Notes: generated from the letters alone by a model not told the origin. Positions 25,378-35,601 are shown, counted from the stretch's first letter. The stretch: DNA of 64,000 nt from an uncultured Alphaproteobacteria bacterium (GCA_902590895.1 CACIYM010000001.1:4477-68476), one strand, 5' to 3'. A program made the numbers and translations.

Positions 25378-26008
25378 TTAGATACTCCAAACTTTTCTTA
25401 TCCATATCATTATAAATCTTTTTTTCCTCATCCATAAACTTTTTAAGCTTTATTTGAGAATCTATACTTTTTTCAAATAAAGTACTTGATTTTTTTTCAA
25501 TTTCTTTTCTTAATTTTTTGGAAAACTCATTTTCATCATTAAAAAAATTAACAATCTTTTCATTGGATACCAAAGTCATGAAATTAAATTTTGACCTTTC
25601 AATCCAAATTATTTTATCCCCATTGTAAAAATAATGAAAAGTAAAAAAACATAAACTGACTATTAAGTACCCTCTCAATAATCCAAAAAGAAAACCTCCA
25701 GTTCTATCAACCATTCCTACATAACTTTTTTTGATGAGACTGGAAAACCTTTTAGTTACAAACGATAAAAGTATCATAATTAAAAAAAAAATTACTGTGT
25801 ATGATGCAATGTTAGAAATAACAATATTGTCAATTATTTTGTTAAAAAAATTTACAAAATTGTCTCCATATTTATACGAACCAAGAAATGAAACAATCCA
25901 AGTGAAAAGTGATAAGAATTCTTGAGAAAACCCTCTCATAAAAGAAAAAAAAGCTGATAAAACAACAAAAAATAAAATTGAAATATCTAGAATTAAATAA
26001 CTTTCCAA
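25361..26008 (-). CDS. cvpA: CvpA-family membrane protein with C-terminal charged extension
   Basis: Has a four-TM N-terminal CvpA-like part and sits immediately upstream of purF (17-nt overlap). The C-terminal ~70 aa are K/E-rich. Confidence 0.7.
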   Translation of the reverse strand: MESYLILDISILFFVVLSAFFSFMRGFSQEFLSLFTWIVSFLGSYKYGDNFVNFFNKIIDNIVISNIASYTVIFFLIMILLSFVTKRFSSLIKKSYVGMVDRTGGFLFGLLRGYLIVSLCFFTFHYFYNGDKIIWIERSKFNFMTLVSNEKIVNFFNDENEFSKKLRKEIEKKSSTLFEKSIDSQIKLKKFMDEEKKIYNDMDKKSLEYLIENSE

Positions 26009-26016
26009 ATTTTCTC

Positions 26017-26727
26017 CTAATAAAGTCCATTAATAAAATTCAATAGCGACTTATTACCCTTCTTTTTTATCTCATTTGATTTTCCGTACCAAGAAATAGA
26101 TCCTTTTTTAATAAAAGCCGTGTAATCAGAGAATTCATAAACACTTTGCATGTCGTGAGTAACAGTAATGGTGGTGATTTTTTTTTCTTTAACTAATTTT
26201 TTAATTAAAGAATTAATTTGTTTACCAATGATTGGGTCAAGACCAGTAGTTGGTTCATCTAAAATTAGAATTTCCGGACTTTTGAGAATTGCCCTAGCCA
26301 GTCCAATTCTTTTTTGGACACCTATCGAGAGGTTATTAGGATATTCATTTAATAAACTTTCAGGAAGGGCTACATCATTTAAAATTTTTTTAAAATTATC
26401 CTTCTTACAAAACTTTAAATTTTCCTCAACTGTTAAACTATCCAAAAGAGCAGCATTCTGAAATAGAATTCCAAACTTCCCTAAATACTCATTCTTTTTT
26501 TGTGTATTTAAATTTCTGATATTATCAATGTTTTCGTAAGAAATAATTCCTGAGTCATAATCTTCTAACCCGTCAATACATTTTGTTAAAACTGATTTTC
26601 CAGTTCCAGATTCTCCTATAATGGCAAGAGATTCAGATTCGTAAATATCTAGATTAAGATTTTTAAGAACTACCTTATCTCCAAAATTTTTCGATAAATT
26701 TTTAATTCTTATTTTTACTTTTCTCAT
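26017..26727 (-). CDS. mlaF: ABC transporter ATP-binding protein, MlaF-like
   Basis: Has Walker A GESGTGKS, signature LSIGVQKR and Walker B ILILDEP. It overlaps the MlaE-like permease by 4 nt. Confidence 0.8.
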   Translation of the reverse strand: MRKVKIRIKNLSKNFGDKVVLKNLNLDIYESESLAIIGESGTGKSVLTKCIDGLEDYDSGIISYENIDNIRNLNTQKKNEYLGKFGILFQNAALLDSLTVEENLKFCKKDNFKKILNDVALPESLLNEYPNNLSIGVQKRIGLARAILKSPEILILDEPTTGLDPIIGKQINSLIKKLVKEKKITTITVTHDMQSVYEFSDYTAFIKKGSISWYGKSNEIKKKGNKSLLNFINGLY

Positions 26728-27521
26728 AAATTAAAAAATAACGAAGTGAGTATATAATTCATTAGGAGTATTAATATAGATGAACTTACTACTGAATAGG
26801 TAGTAGACATTCCAACGCCTTGAGCTCCACCCTTTGCATTAAAACCATAATAACATCCCATAAATGTTATAATAAAACCAAAAACAAAAGCTTTCACTAA
26901 ACCTGAAAATACATCTAAAAACTGAACAAAATTGTAAGTATTTTGAAGATACACAACAGGGTTGAAATTTAACACTTGAGTGCAAATCAAATAACCTCCC
27001 AATACACCAATTATATCTCCTATAAAAACCAGAATTGGTAAAGAGATTACACCAGCAAAAACTCTAGGAATTACCAAATAATTATAAGGGTTCGTTGATA
27101 ATGTTTTTAAAGCATCTATTTGCTCTGTAACTTTCATTGTACCAATCTCTGCAGCAATTGCTGCTCCAGAGCGTCCGGCAACCATTAATCCAGCCAAAAC
27201 AGGTGCTAACTCTCTTGTTATTGATAAAACCACTACATTGGGAATAGCACTTTCTGCTGAAAATCTTGAAAACCCCGTATATGATTGAAGTGCTAAAACC
27301 ATTCCAGTAAATATAGATGTTAGACCTACAACCGGTAATGAATTATAACCAATTTTTATCAGCTGAAGAAAAAAAATTTTGGTATAAAACTGACCAGTGA
27401 ACAGATACCTGACTGAATTGAAGAAGAATAAAACAATTTCTCCAATTGAGCTAAAGATCTCGAAAAAAACGCTTCCAATTTTTTTTAAAAAAAAAAAGAA
27501 TTTTTTTATCAAGTTATTCAT
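26724..27521 (-). CDS. mlaE: ABC transporter permease, MlaE-like
   Basis: 265 aa. The MlaE/Ttg2B-type sequence includes ITRELAPVLAGLMVAGRSGAAIAAEIGTMKVTEQIDAL. Confidence 0.85.
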   Translation of the reverse strand: MNNLIKKFFFFLKKIGSVFFEIFSSIGEIVLFFFNSVRYLFTGQFYTKIFFLQLIKIGYNSLPVVGLTSIFTGMVLALQSYTGFSRFSAESAIPNVVVLSITRELAPVLAGLMVAGRSGAAIAAEIGTMKVTEQIDALKTLSTNPYNYLVIPRVFAGVISLPILVFIGDIIGVLGGYLICTQVLNFNPVVYLQNTYNFVQFLDVFSGLVKAFVFGFIITFMGCYYGFNAKGGAQGVGMSTTYSVVSSSILILLMNYILTSLFFNL

Positions 27522-27524
27522 TAC

Positions 27525-28628
27525 TCAGTCAATATATGACTTTTTTACTCTATTACCAACACTATTTAAAATTTCGTAAGATATAGTCCCGGCTCTCGAA
27601 GACACTTCTTCAAGAGAAATATTATTCCCAATAAGCTCGACCCAGTCACCAACTTTTAGTTCATTATTATTCAAACTAGATATATCTATTATTGTATAGT
27701 CCATAGATATTGAACCAATAATAGGTAATTTTTTTTTTTTGAAAAAAGCATTTGAATTATTACTCAGGATTCTCGGTAGACCATCAGCATAACCTACACC
27801 CAATATAGCAATATTTTTTCTTTGATAAGATTGAAATGTAGCGTTATATCCAAAGCCTTCGTGATCCTTATCTAATGTTCTTATCTGTAACACTCTTCCA
27901 AAAAACTCAATTACATTTTTTATTTTTAGATGATTAGTTGTTCCGAAAATACATCCCCCTGATCTTACAAGACTATAATTAAATTGTTTAAAATTCAAAA
28001 TTGCATTTGAGTTTGACAAACTGTGAAGGGATTCTGGAAAAAATTTAATAATTTCTTCGAACTTTGTTTTTTGAATCATGTTGTATTTGCTTTCAATTTC
28101 ATCAGATGAAATTAGATGTGACATTACACAAAATATATTTATTTTTTTTTTCTTACAAAAATTGATAACTTCTTTTTTTTCATGTTGACCTATTCCAATT
28201 CTGTTTATACCAGTGTCAAAGTGCAATGTAATTTTCTGGTTAATATTAAACTTTTTAGAAAATTCATAAAACTTTTTAAGTTCATTAAAAGAATTTATTA
28301 CAGGAATAATTTTACTTTTAAAAATATCGTAAATTTCTTTTTCAGATTGACCAATAATTCCATTCAATAAAATAACATTACCTTTTGATGTTATTTTTTT
28401 TAGAGCGAATGCCTCTTCGAAACTGGTCAAAAAAAAATCTTTACAACCAAGACCTAAAAGTTTCTTAGCAACTTTTTCAAGCCCAAGTCCATAACAGTTA
28501 GATTTTAGAACAGATGCAACTCTTGATGGTTTAACAAATTTACTTAAAAAAATGTAATTGTCCGAAAGGTTGCTTAAGTTAATTCTTAATAAACCATTAT
28601 TGTTAATAATGTGTTCTACAGTTTTCAT
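27525..28628 (-). CDS. alr: alanine racemase
   Basis: 367 aa with a PLP-lysine motif (ASVLKSNCYGLG). Overall the sequence is Alr-like, and it is adjacent to dnaB. Confidence 0.9.
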   Translation of the reverse strand: MKTVEHIINNNGLLRINLSNLSDNYIFLSKFVKPSRVASVLKSNCYGLGLEKVAKKLLGLGCKDFFLTSFEEAFALKKITSKGNVILLNGIIGQSEKEIYDIFKSKIIPVINSFNELKKFYEFSKKFNINQKITLHFDTGINRIGIGQHEKKEVINFCKKKKINIFCVMSHLISSDEIESKYNMIQKTKFEEIIKFFPESLHSLSNSNAILNFKQFNYSLVRSGGCIFGTTNHLKIKNVIEFFGRVLQIRTLDKDHEGFGYNATFQSYQRKNIAILGVGYADGLPRILSNNSNAFFKKKKLPIIGSISMDYTIIDISSLNNNELKVGDWVELIGNNISLEEVSSRAGTISYEILNSVGNRVKKSYID

Positions 28629-28636
28629 TATTTTAA

Positions 28637-30100
28637 TTATTCAGCAGATGGTGAATCAGCTAAATCTGAAAACTTTGTATTAGTTGCATTAAAGTGTAGT
28701 TTAACTCTAGAAATAGGACCATGTCTATGTTTTGCAACAATAGCTTCTGCAATATTATGAACTTTGTCCATTTTACTTGTCCACATTGCATGTTTTTCTG
28801 TACCTTCGGGTGGCTCAGTCCTTGCTAAATAATATTCTTCACGATATAAAAAAACTACCAGATCAGCATCTTGTTCTATTGAACCAGATTCTCTTAAATC
28901 TGCAAGTTGCGGCCTTTTTTCCTCTCTCTCTTCTACTTTTCTAGATAGTTGAGATAGAGCTACAACAGGTATATTTAATTCTTTGGCTATTGCTTTAAGT
29001 CCTCTGGTAATGTCAGATATCTCTTTAACTCTATTGTCATTTGAGTTTCTTGATTCTCCGTTTATTAATTGAAGATAATCAATTATAATTAAGTCAAGTC
29101 CAAATTTTCTTTTTAACCTTCTAGACCTAGTTCTAATTGATGAAATTGTTAAAGCAGGTGAGTCATCAATAAAAAGTGACAAATTTTTAAGTTGTTCGCT
29201 AGCTTTAATTATTTTTTCAAAATCTGTTTTTGACAAGTTTCCAGTTCTTATTCCTTCAGAAGAAATTTGAGATAATTCAGATAAAACTCTTGTAGCTAAT
29301 TGCTCTGAGGACATTTCTAGTGAAAAAAATAAAACATTAGTTTTATTATCATTATTTTTTCTATTGCAAATATTTGAAGCAATATTTGTTGCAAAAGCTG
29401 TTTTACCCATAGATGGTCTCCCAGCAATAATAATTAAATCTGATTTGTGAAGACCACCAATTTTTTTATCAAAATCATTAAGTCCTGTTTTTAATCCAAC
29501 AACATCAGAGCTTTTTTTATATGCTTTCTCAGCATAATCAATTGTCACAGATAAAATATCATCAAATTGCTTAGGTCCTTTTTGGGTATCTCCGTCGTTA
29601 GTTAGGTTGTAAAGATTAGATTCAGTATTTTCTATAATTATGTTGGAATTTTGATCTTCAAAATTATCGTATGAATCATTTATTAAATTCGTACCTAGAT
29701 TAATTAACTTTCTTCTTATAAACAAATCATGTATCAGTTCACCGTATTGTTTAGAATTAATAATACTTATTGAATTTTCAGAAATCTTTAACAGATAAGA
29801 AATCCCTCCATTAGATATAAAATCCTGATCATTTTCTAAAAAAACTTTTAGAGTATTCAAATCAGCTACCTGATCATTTGATATTAATTTTTTTAATGTT
29901 TTAAAAATTAGAGCGTTAATTTTACTTGAAAAATGCTCTGGCTCTAGAAAGTTTTCAACCTTTTCTAGGGCTAAATTGTTTGATATTATAGCACCTAACA
30001 GAGCTTGTTCAGCTCCAATGTTCATAGGGGCTTCTCTGGAGATTTTTGTTACTTCTTTTGATAATAAGTTGGTTAAGTTATTTGATTGATCTGAGGACAT
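28637..30100 (-). CDS. dnaB: replicative DNA helicase DnaB
   Basis: 487 aa with Walker A GRPSMGKTAFA. The N- and C-domains are DnaB-typical (NIGAEQALLGAII; IIIDYLQLI; SQLSR). Confidence 0.95.
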   Translation of the reverse strand: MSSDQSNNLTNLLSKEVTKISREAPMNIGAEQALLGAIISNNLALEKVENFLEPEHFSSKINALIFKTLKKLISNDQVADLNTLKVFLENDQDFISNGGISYLLKISENSISIINSKQYGELIHDLFIRRKLINLGTNLINDSYDNFEDQNSNIIIENTESNLYNLTNDGDTQKGPKQFDDILSVTIDYAEKAYKKSSDVVGLKTGLNDFDKKIGGLHKSDLIIIAGRPSMGKTAFATNIASNICNRKNNDNKTNVLFFSLEMSSEQLATRVLSELSQISSEGIRTGNLSKTDFEKIIKASEQLKNLSLFIDDSPALTISSIRTRSRRLKRKFGLDLIIIDYLQLINGESRNSNDNRVKEISDITRGLKAIAKELNIPVVALSQLSRKVEEREEKRPQLADLRESGSIEQDADLVVFLYREEYYLARTEPPEGTEKHAMWTSKMDKVHNIAEAIVAKHRHGPISRVKLHFNATNTKFSDLADSPSAE

Positions 30101-30175
30101 TAAACAATAATAGCAAAATTAAATCTTAAAGCACCAATTTTCTGGCTGTGAATTAAGTGGAAAACGTGTAAAACC

Positions 30176-31144
30176 CTAAAAATTTGAGCTATAAAGATTG
30201 TATAAGTAGCCAAGGTACAAAAACATTAAAATATAAGAATAATTTCTTTGAAACTTGAAATTTTTAATTAAAAGAATGGTAAGTGATAGAATACAAACAA
30301 CTAAAAAGAAAACTTCTGATATTAAAAAGTTTTTGTTATAACTAAAATTTTCAAACAGGGAAGATATTCCTAGAATCAATAATAAATTGTAAATATTTGA
30401 TCCTACTATATTACCAATTATTATATCTGATTTTTTTTTTTTTGCAGCTCTGATTGAAGTTGCAATCTCAGGTAAGGATGTACCTATTGCTATTATTGAA
30501 AGTCCTAAAAAGGAGTCAGCTATATTTAAAATATAGGAAATATTTAAAGCTGAACTTACAGTAATTTTTGCACCTAATAAAGTGATAATAATTGAAACAA
30601 AAATTATTGGAACACCGAATTTAATTGGGTTTCCATATGATAACTTAGAGAGTTTATCTTTTTCTAATTCAATATTACTAACTTCGTTTGAAGAAGAGTC
30701 TTTTATACTTTTTAATACGTAAAACAAAAAAGTTAAAATGAATATAACCCCAAAAACCATGTTTAAAGTATAAAAAAAAAAAACTGTAATAAAAACTATG
30801 TGAATTAAGAGGTGAAAATAAATATCAAATTTTTTTATGTTTTTAAACTGCAAATTGGTAATTGATAATGCAAAACCTAAAACCAAAATTACATTCGAAA
30901 TATTCGATCCTATAATATTACCAATGGATAAATCAGGAGAATTTTCTAGAACGGCTTTCAAAGATACTAGTAGTTCTGATAATGAAGTCCCAAAACCTAT
31001 AACAATTAATCCTATAAAAAAATCTGAAACTTTTAATTTTTTTCCAATTGAAATTGCGCTTGATAACAAAATGTCTGCACCTTTTATCACCAAAAAGAGT
31101 CCCAAGCAAAGGGTAAGAAACTGATTGGCGATACTCAGACTCAT
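30176..31144 (-). CDS. Ca2+/cation antiporter (CaCA/YrbG family)
   Basis: 322-aa polytopic protein with two alpha-repeats (GTSLSELLVS and GTSLPEIATS). Confidence 0.8.
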   Translation of the reverse strand: MSLSIANQFLTLCLGLFLVIKGADILLSSAISIGKKLKVSDFFIGLIVIGFGTSLSELLVSLKAVLENSPDLSIGNIIGSNISNVILVLGFALSITNLQFKNIKKFDIYFHLLIHIVFITVFFFYTLNMVFGVIFILTFLFYVLKSIKDSSSNEVSNIELEKDKLSKLSYGNPIKFGVPIIFVSIIITLLGAKITVSSALNISYILNIADSFLGLSIIAIGTSLPEIATSIRAAKKKKSDIIIGNIVGSNIYNLLLILGISSLFENFSYNKNFLISEVFFLVVCILSLTILLIKNFKFQRNYSYILMFLYLGYLYNLYSSNF

Positions 31145-31167
31145 AAAGTTTTAAATTTGTTAATCTT

Positions 31168-31968
31168 TTATTTTTCTTTTTTTTCGCTTTTATCTTGAGA
31201 TTTAAGTTCTTCTTTTTTAATTAGACTCTCAGACTTTTTTATAGTCTCAGTATTTGAATCTGGTTTGTTTTTATTTTTGGTTTTGATTTCTTCATCTTTA
31301 TCACTTTTTACTTCAACTGTAGTCTTTTCATTTTTTGTTAACACTTCTGATTCTGTGTTGGCTATTTTCTTATCATCTGAACTTTTTTTGGGGTTACTTT
31401 TGGTAACTTTTTTTTCTGAATTATTTATTTCGTCATCTATAGAAACTTTATTTTCTTTGTCATTAATATCTTCATTAGATTTGTTAGATTTATTTAACTC
31501 ATTCTTCTGTTCATTAGCATTTTCTGGTGATGTAGCAACATTTATTTTAAGGTCGCATGTAACTTCAGCATGTAACTTAATGTTTATACTGTAAATGCCA
31601 ACCTTCTTAATAGCAGAATGTAGATTGATATTGGATGGTTTGATGTCAATTTCTTTTTGGTTAAAATAGCTAGAAATATCTTTTGGTGATACTGAACCAT
31701 ATAGTTGTCCATTATCACTTGCATTTCTTATAAAAATTATCTCTTCGCCCAAAATTTTTTTTAAGCTTTCTTTAGCTTCTTCAATTACTTTGTTATTTTT
31801 TTCAATCAATTCATTCTTGATCGTTGTAAAATGTTCTTTATTAACTTTGTTTGCTCTCAAAGCTTTTTTTTGAGGTATAAGATAATTTCTTGCAAAACCA
31901 TCTTTAACATTTACTATATCACCAATTTTTCCTAGCTTGTTAAAACTTTCCAATAAAATAACTTCCAT
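31168..31968 (-). CDS. rplI: 50S ribosomal protein L9 with ~110-aa low-complexity C-terminal extension
   Basis: The N-terminus MEVILLESFNKLGKIGDIVNVKDGFARNYLIPQKKA is canonical L9. The L9 body ends near aa ~155 and is followed by a K/E/S/N-rich tail. Lies in the rpsF-rpsR context. Confidence 0.9.
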   Translation of the reverse strand: MEVILLESFNKLGKIGDIVNVKDGFARNYLIPQKKALRANKVNKEHFTTIKNELIEKNNKVIEEAKESLKKILGEEIIFIRNASDNGQLYGSVSPKDISSYFNQKEIDIKPSNINLHSAIKKVGIYSINIKLHAEVTCDLKINVATSPENANEQKNELNKSNKSNEDINDKENKVSIDDEINNSEKKVTKSNPKKSSDDKKIANTESEVLTKNEKTTVEVKSDKDEEIKTKNKNKPDSNTETIKKSESLIKKEELKSQDKSEKKEK

Positions 31969-31975
31969 AGATACC

Positions 31976-32920
31976 TCAGGTATTAAACAATCCTTTTATT
32001 ATTTTTTTTAAGTTTATAAAAAAACCTAATAAAAATAATATTAAAAATAGAAGATAACCTAAAAAAATAAAAAGTAAAAAGATTATTATAATTTTTAAAA
32101 AATTCTGAATTTCTAATCCTTTTAAAGAGTTAAAAAAAGATACAAATCCCTCATAAAAAATTAAAAAACTAATAGCTATAGTAAGATTTAAAAATAAATA
32201 ATTGATACCGCTTGGTAAAATTGTGCTTAAAATAAAAAAAATATTGAATGATAAAAAAATAATTTTTGGAATCTCAAATTCAAAAAAATCAAAACTATAC
32301 CTCATTTGAAAGTTCAATTTATTAACAAAAAATTTAGTCACATAATAATTAAATAAAAAAATTAATAAAAATGAAAAAATATTTATCGATGGCATGACTT
32401 TAACTACAGTTTCAATTAAAGAAGAGGTTTCTATGTTATTTGGAATATCTTTAAGTTTTAAAAACTCCTCTGTAAATCTATTTAAATATTGTCTTAGCTG
32501 ATTTTGTTCATTTTCTGAAAAAAAAAAAAAAGACAATAATCCCACGATTAATAAAGAGAAAAGAGTCAAATAAACAATTACTCTGTCATTTCTTATTTTT
32601 TTTTTGTTTTTTTCGTTCAATAAAATACTAAAAAAAAACACAATTAAAGAGATTGTAAGAAAATTTAAAACTAGTTTTAAAGAAATTACTTCACTGTAAA
32701 AGTTACTTATGAATAAAAAAAGAAAAAAAGCAAATGAAATAATTAAAGTAAATAGAAATAATTCGATTCTAAGAATTTGAGACAGAAAAAGTAATGGCAG
32801 GGTATTTACAACTGTATATATCCTAGGTATCAACATTAAGAACAACAGTTCTAAAGAAATAATAAGTATTGAGCTGTAAGCTATTGAGATTAAGTTTGCT
32901 CTACCAAAGTTATACATCAA
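31976..32920 (-). CDS. polytopic membrane protein (DUF2232-like by position between rpsR and rplI)
   Basis: A 314-aa, very hydrophobic protein. It has a 4-nt overlap with rpsR. From memory, a membrane protein at this position is common in Alphaproteobacteria. Confidence 0.5.
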   Translation of the reverse strand: MMYNFGRANLISIAYSSILIISLELLFLMLIPRIYTVVNTLPLLFLSQILRIELFLFTLIISFAFFLFLFISNFYSEVISLKLVLNFLTISLIVFFFSILLNEKNKKKIRNDRVIVYLTLFSLLIVGLLSFFFFSENEQNQLRQYLNRFTEEFLKLKDIPNNIETSSLIETVVKVMPSINIFSFLLIFLFNYYVTKFFVNKLNFQMRYSFDFFEFEIPKIIFLSFNIFFILSTILPSGINYLFLNLTIAISFLIFYEGFVSFFNSLKGLEIQNFLKIIIIFLLFIFLGYLLFLILFLLGFFINLKKIIKGLFNT

Positions 32921-33186
32921 TTAGAGACATAGGGTAAAAGTGCTAAAAACCTTGCTCTTTTTACAGCCTGCGATAATGCCTTTTGCTTCTTTGTTGAAAC
33001 CTGAGTAACCCTGCTTGGAAGTATTTTTCCTTTTTCGGTTGTGTATTTTTTTAAAAGATTGATATTTTTATAATCTACTTTTGGCGCGTCTTTTCCAGAA
33101 AGAGGGCAGCTTTTATTAAGGAGTGCTTTGGAAGTATTATCGAAAGCTTTATTTTTCATACATTTTCTCCTTTGATTTAGTTTCAT
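32917..33186 (-). CDS. rpsR: 30S ribosomal protein S18
   Basis: The conserved core [48 protein letters not shown] is present. The start is uncertain: the track start overlaps rpsF by 38 nt, and Met9 overlaps by 14 nt. Confidence 0.9.
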   Translation of the reverse strand: MKLNQRRKCMKNKAFDNTSKALLNKSCPLSGKDAPKVDYKNINLLKKYTTEKGKILPSRVTQVSTKKQKALSQAVKRARFLALLPYVSN

Positions 33187-33493
33187 CTAGAAATGAAGCT
33201 TCTTTATCTACTTCTTTGATTTTAATATTTAGGAACCTAAGAAAATCGTCATCTTGTTTTATTTTTTGATCAAATTTGCTAAGTGCTTCATAACTACTTT
33301 CTGAATTTATCATAAAGTAATAACCCTTTGAATTTTTCTTTATTTTATATGCAAGTGTTCTCAACCCCCACTTTTCTTTTTTTAAGATTTTTCCTCCAGC
33401 TTGATTTATTTGCTCAATAGTTTCTTTAAACTTATCTTCAGCCAATTTTGGTGATAATTGACCACTAAAAACAAACACGCTTTCGTATAACAT
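33149..33493 (-). CDS. rpsF: 30S ribosomal protein S6
   Basis: The sequence [14 protein letters not shown]...[23 protein letters not shown] is typical S6. It is the first gene of the rpsF-rpsR-rplI string. Confidence 0.9.
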   Translation of the reverse strand: MLYESVFVFSGQLSPKLAEDKFKETIEQINQAGGKILKKEKWGLRTLAYKIKKNSKGYYFMINSESSYEALSKFDQKIKQDDDFLRFLNIKIKEVDKEASFLDETKSKEKMYEK

Positions 33494-33510
33494 ACGTACT
33501 CCTTTTGGGT

Positions 33511-33546
33511 AAATTTATTTAAATAAATTTAGCTAATTTAATTAGC
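33511..33546 (-). promoter_or_regulatory. two adjacent palindromes in the rpsF 5' leader / rpsF-fabD divergent region
   Basis: A perfect 20-bp palindrome aaatttatttaaataaattt lies at 33511-33530. A 7-bp-arm hairpin gctaatt-t-aattagc lies at 33532-33546. They sit 18-53 nt upstream of the rpsF ATG, just before the AAGGAG SD. Confidence 0.35.
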
Positions 33547-33610
33547 AAGGTTTATTTATTGGTCTTATAACATTATAAATGTATATTTTAAAGACACTTT
33601 ATAAATTTAT

Positions 33611-34573
33611 ATGAAAAAAATAGCACTAGTTTTTCCAGGTCAAGGTTCTCAAAAAATTGGGATGGGAGAAGATTTATACCTCAATCACAAAATTGGTAAA
33701 AAAGTTTTTAATGAGATTGATCAATGCCTTGATGAAGATCTTTCTAAATTAATTTTTAATGGAAATGAGAAAGAATTACAGTTAACGAGAAATACCCAAC
33801 CAGCATTACTGGCTGTTAGTATGGCAATTATAAAAATCATCGAATTTGAATTAAAAAAAAAAACCGAGGATTTTGTTGAAGTTGTATTAGGTCACTCTCT
33901 TGGGGAATATTCAGCGCTTTGCAGCATTGATTGTATTAGCTTGTGTGAGAGTGCCAAAATTTTAAGAAAAAGGGGAGATGCCATGCAAAATGCAGTCAGA
34001 AATATAGAAACTAGTATGGTGGCAGTAATAGGTATGGAGTTGGATATAATTGAAAAAGAAATAAATCGTTTAAATAACAAAAAAAATGAGATTTGTGAAA
34101 TAGCAAACGATAATTGTCCTGGACAGGTGATATTATCTGGAACCAAAAACTCAGTTGACTTTATTTCACAAAAACTTAAATCGTTAGGTGCAAGGTCTGT
34201 CATTGAACTAAATGTAAGTGCTCCCTTTCACTGCAGTTTGATGAAAAATGCGAGATTGAAAATGCAAGATGCTTTAAGTGAAGTTGTTATTGAAAAACCA
34301 AAAATAAAATTTATTAACAATGTAAACGCAAATTTTGTTTATAACCCCGAAGAAATAAAAAAGCTTTTGGTTGAGCAAGTGCAATCTCGTGTGCGTTGGA
34401 GAGAAAGTATTAGTGAGGCATCCAGCTTAAATTTAGATTTTATAATAGAAATTGGACCAGGCAGGGTTCTAACTGGATTGAATAAAAGAATGAAGATTGA
34501 CGCAGGATATTTTAACATATCAACATTAGAAGATATTAATAATTTTCTAAGAAAATACGGAGATGATTTATGA
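33611..34573 (+). CDS. fabD: malonyl-CoA:ACP transacylase FabD
   Basis: Has FPGQGSQ and the active-site GHSLGEYSA. Lies in the fab operon context. Confidence 0.95.
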   Translation: MKKIALVFPGQGSQKIGMGEDLYLNHKIGKKVFNEIDQCLDEDLSKLIFNGNEKELQLTRNTQPALLAVSMAIIKIIEFELKKKTEDFVEVVLGHSLGEYSALCSIDCISLCESAKILRKRGDAMQNAVRNIETSMVAVIGMELDIIEKEINRLNNKKNEICEIANDNCPGQVILSGTKNSVDFISQKLKSLGARSVIELNVSAPFHCSLMKNARLKMQDALSEVVIEKPKIKFINNVNANFVYNPEEIKKLLVEQVQSRVRWRESISEASSLNLDFIIEIGPGRVLTGLNKRMKIDAGYFNISTLEDINNFLRKYGDDL

Positions 34574-35292
34574 AAAAAAATGCCCTAATTACAGGTGCCA
34601 CAGGAGGTATTGGAATGGCAATAGTGGATATACTGTCAAAAAAATTTAATTTAATTTTAGTAGCAAGAAACGAAGAAAAACTTGAAAAACTGTCATCAAA
34701 AAATAATTCTGTCCTTCAGTACATAAAATGTGATTTATCAAATCCAAATGAAATAAAAAGATTGATAGAAAAAATTAATGTGGATACTTTAGGTATCGAT
34801 GTTTTGGTGAATAACGCTGGTATAACTGATGATTCACTTTTTTTGAGAATGAACACAGAAAAATGGGAAAATGTTATAAATACAAATTTATCATCCAACT
34901 TCCATCTAACAAGCCACATTTCTAAAATAATGATAAAAAAAAAATGGGGTAGGATAATAAATATTACTTCAGTCGTTGGTCATACAGGAAATTTGGGTCA
35001 GGCAAATTACTGTGCTTCAAAAGCAGGTATTATAGGAATGTCTAAATCTATAGCACTTGAGCTTGCGAAAAGAAATGTAACAGTAAACTGTATTTCACCG
35101 GGTTTTATTGAAAGTAACATGACTGATCTATTAACAGATAATCAAAAAGAAATAATTCTAAAAAAAATACCACTTCAAACCATTGGATCTCCGTACGATG
35201 TAGCCCACTGCGTAAATTTTTTAGCCTCTGACGAATCAAGATATATTACTGGAGAAACAATTCATATAAATGGAGGTTTGGCAATGTTATAA
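34570..35292 (+). CDS. fabG: 3-oxoacyl-ACP reductase FabG
   Basis: Has the SDR motifs TGATGGIG, NNAG and YCASKAG. Lies between fabD and acpP. Confidence 0.9.
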   Translation: MKKNALITGATGGIGMAIVDILSKKFNLILVARNEEKLEKLSSKNNSVLQYIKCDLSNPNEIKRLIEKINVDTLGIDVLVNNAGITDDSLFLRMNTEKWENVINTNLSSNFHLTSHISKIMIKKKWGRIINITSVVGHTGNLGQANYCASKAGIIGMSKSIALELAKRNVTVNCISPGFIESNMTDLLTDNQKEIILKKIPLQTIGSPYDVAHCVNFLASDESRYITGETIHINGGLAML

Positions 35293-35360
35293 TTATAGTT
35301 TGATTTAAAACAAAAAATAATTATTAATATAAACTTAACTATAAAAATAAGGAAAATATT

Positions 35361-35597
35361 ATGAGCGACATTGCAGATAGAGTAAAAAAAATTGTAATTG
35401 AACATCTAGGTGTTGAAGAAGATAAAGTTATTGATTCCGCAAGTTTCGTAGATGACCTAGGTGCTGATAGTTTAGATACAGTAGAGTTAGTTATGGCTTT
35501 CGAAGAAGAATTTAGTATAGAAATACCAGATGATGTGGCTGAAAAAATAACAACAATTAAAGATGCAATTGGTCATATAGAGAAATCACAAAACTAA
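35361..35597 (+). CDS. acpP: acyl carrier protein
   Basis: 78 aa with the phosphopantetheine site [12 protein letters not shown]. Confidence 0.95.
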   Translation: MSDIADRVKKIVIEHLGVEEDKVIDSASFVDDLGADSLDTVELVMAFEEEFSIEIPDDVAEKITTIKDAIGHIEKSQN

Positions 35598-35601
35598 TAA
35601 C

